DNA of 64,000 bases from Eledone cirrhosa (taxonomy: Eukaryota): NCBI GenBank assembly GCA_964016885.1, contig OZ024743.1, positions 317,192,001-317,256,000 on the forward strand, given 5' to 3'. Under the pieces are notes generated by a model. The model saw nothing but the letters and a program-made list of their open reading frames with translations, was not told the DNA's origin and did not search any database. Position 1 is the stretch's first letter; the number at the start of each line of letters is the position of its first letter. The translations under genes were made by a program, and so were the position numbers. This document shows positions 54,107 to 64,000 of the stretch, one piece after another.

Positions 54107-55036
54107 CATCATCATCATCATCATCATCAATACTACCATCATCATCATCATCATCCTTGTCATCATCACCATCATCACCACTACCACCATCATGAACATC
54201 ATCATCATCACCACAACCATCAGCATCATCATCATCACCATCATGAGCATCATCATCATCATCACTACCATCATCATCACCACACCCATCATCACCACCA
54301 CCACCACCATTATCACCACCACCATCACCACCAATCCCATCACTACCACCATCACCACCACTACCATCACCACCACTACCATCACGACCACCACCACCAT
54401 CACGACCACCACCACCATCACCACCACCACTACCATCACCACCACCACCATTACCACCACCATCACCACCAATACCATCACTACTACCATCACCACCACC
54501 AAGACCACCACCACCATCATCATCACCACCACTACCATCACCATCATCACCATCACCACCACCACTACCACCACTACCATCACCACCACTACCATCACCA
54601 CCACCACCACTACCATCACCAGCACCACCATCACCACCACCATCATCACCACCACCACCATTACAACCACCATCACCACCACCACCATTACAACCACCAT
54701 CACCACCACCACCACCATCACCACCACCGCCACCACCATTACCACCACCATCATCATATAACATCTGATTTTTTCCTACTTGGAATTAATATTTCTAGCC
54801 TCAGTGAGGACATTTTTATTTCCTTTTACTTGACTAAAATTGATAAAATTTCTGAATATCTTTTGCAATACATAGGTCATTGATCAACACCATCGTCACC
54901 ACTATCACCACATCGTCATCATCATCATCATCATCACCACTACCACCATCACCACCACCATCATCATCATCATTATCAACAGTATCATCATCACCATCAT
55001 CATCACCACCATCATCACCATCACCACCATCATCAT
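54107..55036. repeat. (CAC/CAT)n low-complexity tracts, preceded by a (TTTA)n tract at 53720-53976
   Basis: Directly visible. Confidence 0.95.
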
Positions 55037-55169
55037 ATTATCGTGGGACCAGTACTACCACTTTAGAGGGTGTCCTGCTCTCTGAGTTCAAATGCCATCA
55101 AGGTTAACTTTGCTTTTCACCCTTTCAAGGTCGATACAAAAGAGCACCAGTCTAGTACTGGAGTCGATT

Positions 55170-55201
<32 letters not shown>

Positions 55202-56334
55202 CCCCCCCCCCCCTCTCTCTCTCTCGAACACACATAGGGGATGCCTACGCTAGGCTTAAAATGCCCTAGAAATGCCGTATATCATTACCCCCCTCCCCCT
55301 GCGGTTCCCCCAAGAGTTATGGGACCATGCATGCATGTACACCATATCTGCACGTGTTGTAAGAGGCACCAGAAAAGGTTTGCACCGGGAAGAGCATCTA
55401 TCTATCAGGCCTTAAAACATTGCCTCAGAAGGGAATGTAAAGTCTGTTATGGAGATTGCAAAGTTAACCGACGCTTTAGCAGGGAAGAAATGGTCTTAAT
55501 ATTGCTTTTTGTTTTGTTTACAGATAGAGCGAGGGTGATTTCTTCAAATTCACTACAAAGGGACAAAAAGCATTACCGTAACCAATATAGTTATTTCCCT
55601 TGGATCAGCGTTGGCGCTTTGCGTTAGCGCCATGAAGTGTTAATAGTATGATGTTAAATAAAAGTTGTAGTTGTTATGAACGACAAACTGTATCCTATGA
55701 TGGTCTCTCTCGTCGAGAACAATGTATGAGTGCTTGGTAACTAAGGGGAAAATTTTTAAATATGTTTATGATAAAAACAATAATTCCGGTAACGAGAAGC
55801 AAGTTAATTTTTTGACGCTTATTAAAAGGGATGTAAGTGTTTCCCTCTAAAAACCTTTGAAGCAAGCCAAGACACCCAAGGTGATAGCGTGACTAAAGTG
55901 TTGGAATAGTCAAACACATTCATTACGAGCATTGCTAGGTACTTCATTAAGGCAAGCCACCAAATTGACAAATACAAAAGAGTAACATTTTTATTGTTAT
56001 TGTTCATTTGTTTTGTCAATTGTAAGTGTATAAAACTAAATGAAATTTATTTACATATTTATGGTATACAATAATGAAAATTAATTTTTGAAATGTGGGG
56101 GTAAATAATAAAGAGAAAGAGAAAAAAAGAAACGAAGGAGAAGGAAAAATAAAATTTAAAAAAAGGGACGGGACAGTGGAAGGAAGCAAGCTCTAAACTC
56201 TTGAATGAGCAGAATATCTCAGTTAAACCCCCACCAAAAATATGATACAATATGAACATTACCACAGAGAACAGCCAGTAACACTCACTGCATCAGCCAT
56301 TCCACCTCATGGGGTTCGTTCTTCAAATCAGAAA

Positions 56335-56777
56335 TGCTCCTCTCAGTGTTGTGGAGGAAGATGACCAAGGCCCAAAGATACCAGTGGTCTTGCCAACAAC
56401 AACCCTGGGTACCTTTTTGATTTCCATGTATCTAACACACGTGGACATGCCCACAAAGTCAGAAAACAGCACAGCTCCCATGACTTTCGGAAAGATTTTT
56501 TCACGCTCAGAGTTGCTGAAGCATGGAACAAACTACCTGCATCAGTTGTTAGCTGTCGAGACACTGCATCCTTTAAAACCTCCATGCTTCCTAAGATTCG
56601 CCAACACTACACCTAATGTTCCCCCTCCATACACACACACACATGTATATCATGACTCATACACTATTCACTTCCCTGACATTTGTATATTATTCTATGT
56701 ACTATACATGCACCTTTGATGAGTTGTAGTGCACCTGAGCACTTTACACAATAATTTCATTATTATTATTATTATTA
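56335..56777 (+). mobile_element. CR1 3' fragment with (TAT)n tail
   Basis: Closely matches the reverse complement of 20245-20580. Confidence 0.9.
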
Positions 56778-56894
56778 ACTAGCACGAAAACAGAGTGGTT
56801 GGTCAAATTCAGATATTTGGTTATCTTCCGCCCCTACATGTTATGGGTGGTGACGCTAGTATTTGCGGTTAAGGTGATGAGGTTTGGTTCAGAG

Positions 56895-57045
56895 AATATG
56901 TGGCATCACAGATTAGTGACTTACCCACCTCTAACATCTCTGGGCAGCTACCGTCCCTGTAGTCAAGGCTGACAAGCTCCAGTTGTGGTGGGAAACCAGC
57001 CATGTCAAGGCTCCTTCTGGTGACATTGGTCAAGCTAGCGGGCTG
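56895..57045 (-). mobile_element. CRE-like RLE fragment
   Basis: ASLTNVTRRSLDMAGFPPQLELVSLDYRDG..GKSLICDAT. Confidence 0.55.
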
Positions 57046-57094
57046 AGAGAACTGACCTACAGAACAGATATAGTCCAAAAATCTTCAACAATTG

Positions 57095-57600
57095 CTCTAC
57101 AATGGCACTTATGAGCTTCTACTATGGCACTAGTATGACTCTACTATGGCACTTGTGTGTCTCTACTATGGCACTAGTGTGTCTCTACTATGGCACTAGT
57201 GTGTCTCTGCAATGGCATTTATGTGGCTCTACTATGACACTAGTGTGTCTCTACAGTGGCACTAGTGGGCCTCTACTATGGCACTTGTGTGGCTCTACTA
57301 TGGCACTTGTGTGGCTCTACAGTAGCATAAGTGTGGATCTGCAATGGCACTAGTGTGGGTCTACAATGGCACTAGTGTACCTGTAAAATGGCACGTGTGG
57401 TTCTACTATGGCACTTGTGTGGTTCTACTATGGCACTTGTATGTCTCTACAGTGGCACTTGTGTGACTGTACAATAGCATCATTGTGCCTCTACAATGGC
57501 ACTAATGTGACTCTAAAATGGCACTTATTTGTCTCTACTATGGCACTAGTGTACCTCTACAATAGCACTTGTGGCTCTACAATGACATTTGTGTGGCTCA
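57095..57600. repeat. ~22-bp minisatellite
   Basis: Unit CTCTACTATGGCACTAGTGTGT, about 23 diverged copies with no spacers. Confidence 0.9.
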
Positions 57601-58004
57601 CACATATGAAAGTCAAGGTGCAGGGTTATACCAATACAAGTGCACTCATTGCCAAGAAGGGTACTGGTTGATAGGTAGGGCACTGAGTTCGGTCACATAC
57701 CACTGTTTGGCTACTAAAAGGGGGCCAGATGATGTTAGTTTTGAGAAGACTCAATCCTCATGCTCATTGAACCACATTTAATATTGTCCTAGTTGCATTG
57801 GTAACCTGCATCTTGGGGGACAGTAAGTAAGTCCATTGTCAACCCAGACAGCCAGAGCCAACTTGAGTAACAAAATAATTCATAAAACCTGATAAAATCT
57901 AAGTAAAAAATAGAATTGATAAATGTTAGTAAAATATGGTAAAAGGGGATAAAAATGCTAAAATAATGAGTTCTAATTTAGACTCATTGTTCAAGAATTT
58001 GTGA

Positions 58005-58250
58005 GCATTAATGTCCCCTAAAAATACAATCTTGTCATGGTATGGTGTCTAGCAAAGACTTTTCCTAAGATCTCACTAAAAGAATTGTTTCTCTTCATCA
58101 GAGTTGTTCATTGTAAGAGTATATGCCCTGATCAATGTTACATAATATTTTTCTGGACTTGAATTTTTAGACTCCTTAGTCGAACACATACCATTTGATA
58201 AGGAACCCAGACTCTTTGCAATCTCAGATCTAATAGGGCAGATAAACTTG
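58005..58250 (-). mobile_element. Old RTE-type APE endonuclease fragment
   Basis: YVTLIRAYTLTMNNSDEEKQFF..DKIVFLGDINAH, with stops. Confidence 0.55.
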
Positions 58251-58666
58251 GCATAGGATCAGACTATCTAGCAATATAACTTTGATAGGTTTCGGCCAGT
58301 AATGATATATATCTATTTGGGAGTTTGTTATTTGTTAATTGTTATTTGTTTAATATATTCAATCCAAATGTAATTAAATGCTGTATATATTATGTGTGTA
58401 TATATATATATATATCACTATAAATTAACAGAGCTAAAGACTCTCGTTATTCCCTGTCAATAATGTGCTCAAAGGAAAAAGAATCCTGAGCTCTTTAAAA
58501 TACAATATGTTGAAAAGGTAACACACTAGAGAGAGAAAGTGTGCCATCAATAAAACAGGGAAAACCACCAGTGTATGGAATCTATAATCTATGGAAGGCA
58601 GGGTAGACACACAATAATTAAAAATATAAATTAAAATGTATATACGCACCTCTATAACTATATAAC

Positions 58667-58742
58667 ACACGCGTACAAATCAAAAGAGATCTGTTTCGCC
58701 AGGAAGTTGTTGACTGAAATGGAATGGTTCATCAGCGCGTGC
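58667..58742 (-). ncRNA. Type I hammerhead ribozyme with stable stem III and large loop II (family C, intact copy)
   Basis: Minus strand GCACGCG-CTGATGA-ACCA..(~23 nt)..TGGC-GAAA-CAGATC TCTTTT GATTTG-TA-CGCGTGT: 7-bp stem I, 6-bp stem III, GUA cleavage triplet, A-C in place of G-C at the base of stem II. Confidence 0.8.
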
Positions 58743-59048
58743 AAGACATTCCAGACAACTCTAAGAGAATCTAAAGTGACCGTCCAGCTACACGTGGCAG
58801 AGAGATGTCACAGCGTGCTTAGGGCAGTGAACCAGTGGTATCTGAGGGACGAGCTGCTAGAAAGGGCAGCCCCAAAAACCACTCAAAGAAGTGTGCTCAA
58901 CCAAACAGAGAGAGAGGAAAGACTGTTATAAGGAGTGAAATATCACGATAAATTAACAGAGCCATAGACTCTCGTTATTCCCTGTCAATAATGTGCTCAA
59001 AGGAAAAAAAATCCTGAGCTCTTAGAGTTGTCTGAAATGTATAGTCTT

Positions 59049-59131
59049 GCACGCGCTGATGAACCATAGGCTATTCCATTTCAGTCAACAACTTCCTGGC
59101 GAAACAGATCTCTTTGGATTTGTACATGTGT
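59049..59131 (+). ncRNA. Hammerhead ribozyme, family C, right-arm copy with weakened stem I
   Basis: Same core as 58667-58742; the 3' strand of stem I is CATGTGT instead of CGCGTGT, and loop II has a 7-nt insertion. Confidence 0.6.
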
Positions 59132-59293
59132 GTTATATAGTTATAGAAGTGCATATATACATTTTAATTTATATTTTTAATTATTGTGTGTCTACCCTGC
59201 CTTCCATAGGTTATAGATTCCATACACTGGTGGTTTTCCCTGTTTTATTGATGGCACACTATCTCTCTCTAGTGTGTTACCTTTTCAACATAT

Positions 59294-59338
<45 letters not shown>

Positions 59339-61999
59339 ATGTGTTATAAATAAAACACTTAAAATACCATAATGATCTTTAATACTTAGTGGCTGTTTTA
59401 ATTTTGATTATAGAATTCCATGGGGTTAGCGCTCTTAGTTTACTGTTTCAAGTAAAGATTAAAGCATACTTTATGTTCACATAATAAAGATAAATTCAAG
59501 CTATGAGATTCAAATTAATAACAGAAATAATAAATGAGTAAAAAAAAAAATAGTAACAATGTAATCAAGAGTTAATACAAACATGGTTTGAACCTATGAT
59601 CAACTGAGTGTTAGCAATTCATTCTATGCAGTCAAATGAAAAACTTTGTGGCTTGTCTCTTTTCACGTGGCATGGCCAAATGGTTAAGTGGTTTGCTTTG
59701 CAATCATAGGTCCTGAGTTTGATCTGAGTGCATGGTATCTGAACAAATGTCATTTCCACAGAGAAATGGAGGCAGAGAGAGTGAGGAGAAAGAGAATGAG
59801 GAGGGCAGAAAGAAAGGAGAAAGAGAGTGAGGGGTCAGAGAGAGAAAGATAGCTGTGACAAAATGCAAACAACTTGTGAGAATGTAAAAGAGATGGGGTA
59901 GAAGATAAAGAAAACAAAAATGAACCCCAAAAGGATGTAATGAGAACTTATCTGTCATACCTGTTGCTAGAGAGTGAGAGGGGAGCAGATATGTTTAATA
60001 GAATATATATCCAATGAGAGTTGAATTTAGTTAATTAACACTTTATTTCACCTTGCCCAGTTGGAAAAAATTAGTTGTTCTTATGATTAAAATTACCAGC
60101 CTGGTCACACTGCCATGTATCTCCCTGAGAACTACATTAAAGATACATGTGACTATGAAATACTCAACCAATACACTCTAATACAAGATGTAATGTTTCT
60201 ATAATTTAAAGGGACAGCCTTGTCATACACAGTGTCATGCTGGATCTGCCTGAGAACTACATTAAGAGTACACTTAGTCTGTGGAATGTTCAATGACTTG
60301 CACAGTAATTTCACTGGCTGGCTGTCTGTTCCATTGATCAAACAACTGGAACATTCGTCGTTAAGACTGACAGGTTATTGCATAAATTATTACACCCTTT
60401 TCTTACTGTATTTCTAATAAAAGACATTACCTGTGAATTTCAAATCTTTTTCTCTCACTAATTCCTGGTAGAATCTTGAGACCAGAATCCTCAAACATGC
60501 CTTCCAGTGGGTCCTGTCAGAAGCAACAATCTCCAATTGATCCGACTGGCTCCACAAACAAAACCAGCCAAGCTCATGGATGTTATCCAACTATCTTGTT
60601 CAAGGTCTAACCCTGGGTCTCTTGCTGGTTGGTATTTCCCATAAGATTTGTCCAGGAATTCTTTCCTGAGACATTCTAACCACATGTCCATAATATCAGA
60701 GCTGTTGTCTTTCATCATAATATTTTATTAAGTCATGTTCCAAACACCAACTTACTAATGATTTCTGATTTAGGCACAAAGCGAACAATTTGTTGGGAAT
60801 GGGAAAGTCGATTAAATCGACCTCAGTGCATTACTGGTGCTTTATTTTATCAACCTTGTAAGGATGAAAGACAAAGCTAACCTCGGCAAGATTTGAATTC
60901 AGAAAATAACTCTATGCCAAAACACTGACTTAATAATGAGAATGTTAGTTATGTTACTAAGCCCTTCAATTCTTGATATTTTCAAAATATATATACACTC
61001 ACATGCTAATAGGAGTTTATAGTTACATACACAGATCCACATACAAACATTTATATAAAATGATAGAGTATAAAAATAGGAGAAGGCTCACATTGAATCA
61101 CCTGCTAGAGTTTTCCTCTAATAATATTTTAGGTAAACTAACACACTCACAACATTGCTGCAGGTGATAGCGAGGTTAAGCCACTGGAATAACCAAGCAC
61201 CCTCCTGGGCAAATCATAAGCAGTGTTTTCATTAGAAACATAACAAAAGGTTTAACTAATCCTTTGAAGATAGACAGAAATAATCAGAAATAGTTTACTA
61301 AACAATATCTCCTATAGAGTTAAGGCGGTGTCACTCTTACCTTTTTAGTTATGACAAGGTATTTTCTGGAAGACCAGCAGTCACCCATGCATTCCAGTTT
61401 CCGCTTTCTCTGAAACCTTTGTTGTTCATGGGAAATGTAAAGGCTAATAACAGCTTAACTCTAGTGTCATCACAACTCATTTATTCCAGTTGAGTGAACT
61501 GGGGTAACATGAAATAATATGTCTTCCTTAAAGACAATGCATTCGCCTGTCTCTGAATGAAACTTACCTTATTATAATGAGCTAAACACCCTAACCATCT
61601 AACTATGAGACATTTCAATAATACTCTAGAAGTAATAGAATAGTTTTAACTAATACCATAGACAAACATTACTGAATTTCTACTGTTTAACACAAAACAT
61701 TATTACTCATATTGTAACAACTCTTCTATTAATCAATGTCCTTAATTTTGCCAGATCAATAACTAATATCACTGACAATGATATTGATACATCATCTCCT
61801 TTGTATATAAATGTATACAAATTCATGATGCACTCATTCTCTCACACACACGCTTACTCTTTCTCTCTATACACACAAACATACACATATGTATCAAGAA
61901 TACAAGAAATGAACAAACAAGAGGATGCATTAACATAGTCTTATTAGTTTCATGCTTAAAAGATATATGTATATATATATAGAAGTGGTAACACAACAG

Positions 62000-64000
62000 T
62001 TAGTTCATCATACCGAGAACAATTGTTTCACCTTAGGAGATCCTCCTCTCATACTGGTCATGGTTATATGGAATAGGAAGAACAACCGTATGAACGCGCA
62101 TGCACAGAAATGGTCACTTCACCCAAGCGATTCAAAGCCACGGGAGGTGTAAGGGAGATAACTGCAAAAGTCGGAAAAAATGTTTGAAATGATAAGAAAG
62201 TTAGGATGTTATTGTTCAATCCAGAGCTTTGTAGTTATGCAAGAGGTGTTTCTAGACATGTGGACAGCGTGAGAAGATTTCATTTCTTGAATTTAGGCAA
62301 TTGCTATTGCGTAATCTCCTTAGAATATTTATCCTTTCTTCAATACACAGTCCACACGACGGATTGCCCCTAGTGTATGGCTTGGACTTAGTGATGGCTT
62401 TCCATTGAATAGAGTAGTCTATACCTGAGTCCTTGAGGGACCATACGTGGCTCGCGAGTTTCGTGGCTGATCATTTGTCCGGGTACCTAAAAGTCGACTG
62501 ATGGTTCAGGAAGCGTTCCTTAAATCGGCCCTCCACCATACCCACATAGGATTTGGCCTCCCTTGGTTGATTTGGTCAGTTGGAAATGACCACAGCTTCA
62601 TAAACTACAGCGGGTGTTTTGCATTGCTGTTGAAGGGGACAAGAGCATCCTGGTGAAGTGCCTCTCTTAGGACTGTTGGTGATGTGGGCCTTCATATTCT
62701 TAGCGCAGGAGTACCCTAGTTTTACTCTGTGTCTGTTAAAGATGGAGTGGTATTTGTGACCTATGGGAAAGTCTCTATCTAAGAAGGCTAAAAAAAAATT
62801 TCCTACATTAGTTTTAAGGTTGAGTGAGAAGGGAGGAGAGAATCAGATAGTTTGTCTATTGTTACGATTTTTTTCTTATTGCTGTTGGTGATGGGGGGGG
62901 GGGGGGTAAGTAATTGGTTGCGAGAAGCCGCTGTTAGCTAACGCTGTGTTATAGTAGGGGGCCGCTCTGTCAAAGATAGCCTTATTAGAGGAGAGGTTAG
63001 AGATTCTAGTACTGATATTATTTACAAAGTTTCTAAAAACTGTAGGAGGGTGGCATGAGTCTTTAGGAGAGATGGTCACCATTTTAGAAGGCTGTGTTGT
63101 TTTTATGATTTAGAGGGGACTTCGTTTCCCTAGCTTGGCTGGTAGAACATCTCTTCTAATTGTTGTTAAGGTGTAGGTACACAATTAAGCAAAAAGAACA
63201 TACCTCGAGATTATATGTACATGAACATTTTAATCAGAGCAATTAACAAAACAGGTTATCATATCAGTTGTTCCTAGGTTGGTAATTCGTAATTATCATT
63301 AATTGGCGGTCTTCAATTATCCCGTGACCGCATGGTGTGCTATCGCTGTTTCGCCACCGTGAAACGCATCTGTTCGCCTCAAGAGACAAAAGTCGAAGAG
63401 AGAGTTTATTCAGCTACTGACGTTAGAACTAAGGGCAGTTAATCGACTGCCTCCAAAGTCAAAGCTAGGTGGCGTGATCTTCTACAAGTCCTTGTGTATG
63501 TAATTAAGTTTTTCGTTTAGTTTATGGAAGGGTCTGAAGGTATGTGTGCGAAGGTCTAAATTAATGTCTAAGAAATCTACGATAGAGAGGTTGGTAGCTA
63601 CTCTTATCCTAGGTCTTAACTCATTAAAGGTAGAAGTTAAGTCTTTTTTAAACCGGTCCAGGTCGTGACCACTTTTATGGTTTGATAAGGTCAGGCCATC
63701 GTCGCGGTATATTCCCGTGTGGAAGTCTGGGAATCTAAAACGTAATGTATCTAAAATAAATAGGCCAACCAAGTCGCATACGTCAGCACTGTTAAACGAT
63801 CCCATGGAGATGTCTAAAAGTTCTGAAGTGTTCGACTTCTTTGCCCAGGCTACTCCGTTGTTGAAGAAGAGGGTTTTCCGACAGTGTGCGATGATCTCCC
63901 TGTCTAAAACATGGACGGTAGTGTCAGTGGTAGCAAAGTCCAACGCTTTGTTTAACAGGGTTTCTGAGATCGACGGGTAAAAATCCACAATGTCGAATTG
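62000..64000 (-). mobile_element. Penelope-like element (Poseidon type), degenerate, interrupted by an LTR, runs off the window end
   Basis: DFYPSISE..MGSFNSADVCDLVG..GIYRDDGL..DFLDINLDL; YIHKD|SCHPP split by the insertion; GIY-YIG remnants at 62230-62650. Confidence 0.88.
63074..63486 (-). mobile_element. LTR (~404 bp) plus tRNA-Trp PBS stub, inserted in the Penelope RT
   Basis: Minus strand TGTAGAAG...CTTCTAAA A TGGTGACC; it interrupts the PLE motif YIHKDSCHPP. Confidence 0.7.

Larger units (their letters stand above)
58412..59296 (-). mobile_element. Retrozyme/pLTR-like element: 528-nt unit with 84-nt terminal direct repeat plus an inverted arm
   Basis: Direct repeat 58412-58495 / 58940-59023; inverted arms 58502-58767 / 59019-59296; one hammerhead per arm; (TA)n flanks. 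Confidence 0.7.

Noticed and set aside
55241-56019. 128-aa and 65-aa ORFs as a divergent host gene
   Set aside because: They overlap SINE tails and a CRE-like remnant and match no protein I recognise. A non-coding first exon near 55600-55740 cannot be excluded.
57095-57600. CRISPR-like appearance of short regular repeats (also 51806-52325)
   Set aside because: Head-to-tail units with no unique spacers, no cas genes and a eukaryotic context.
57792-57805. RFX X-box-like motif GTTGCATTGGTAAC
   Set aside because: A single short motif with no associated gene start; likely chance.
62009-62062. Hammerhead at the 3' end of the last PLE (minus strand GAAAC-AATT-GTT with flanking stem)
   Set aside because: The CUGANGA box is not intact (TATGAGA); at most a decayed relic.

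Overview
This is repeat-dense animal genomic DNA; the microsatellites and SINE/RTE/Penelope content suggest a cephalopod such as Octopus, which is an inference. Two host genes converge. One is the last coding exon of CFAP300/C11orf70 (+, 739-855). The other is a complete six-exon GDE1 glycerophosphodiester phosphodiesterase (-, 49197 to 13334; 1041 nt, 346 aa, all introns GT-AG with consistent phases). Nearly everything else is mobile DNA, often nested: two RTE LINEs with a PHD-like insert, a near-intact CR1 LINE, four Penelope-like elements (PLEs), CRE-like fragments, three LTR-derived elements with tRNA-Trp primer sites, a Helitron, MULE/hAT/Tc1-mariner MITEs, many SINEs and minisatellites. 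The most interesting signals are: (1) three unrelated ORF-less elements in (TA)n tracts, each with inverted arms carrying outward-facing type I hammerhead ribozymes (six in total), one with a 528-nt circularly permuted, retrozyme-like unit; (2) two independent LTR + PBS-stub insertions resembling integrated plus-strand strong-stop cDNA; (3) a G_GGA_AAC -1 slippery site joining CR1 ORF1 to an ATG-less ORF2. Coordinates were counted by eye and no database searches or folding programs were run.
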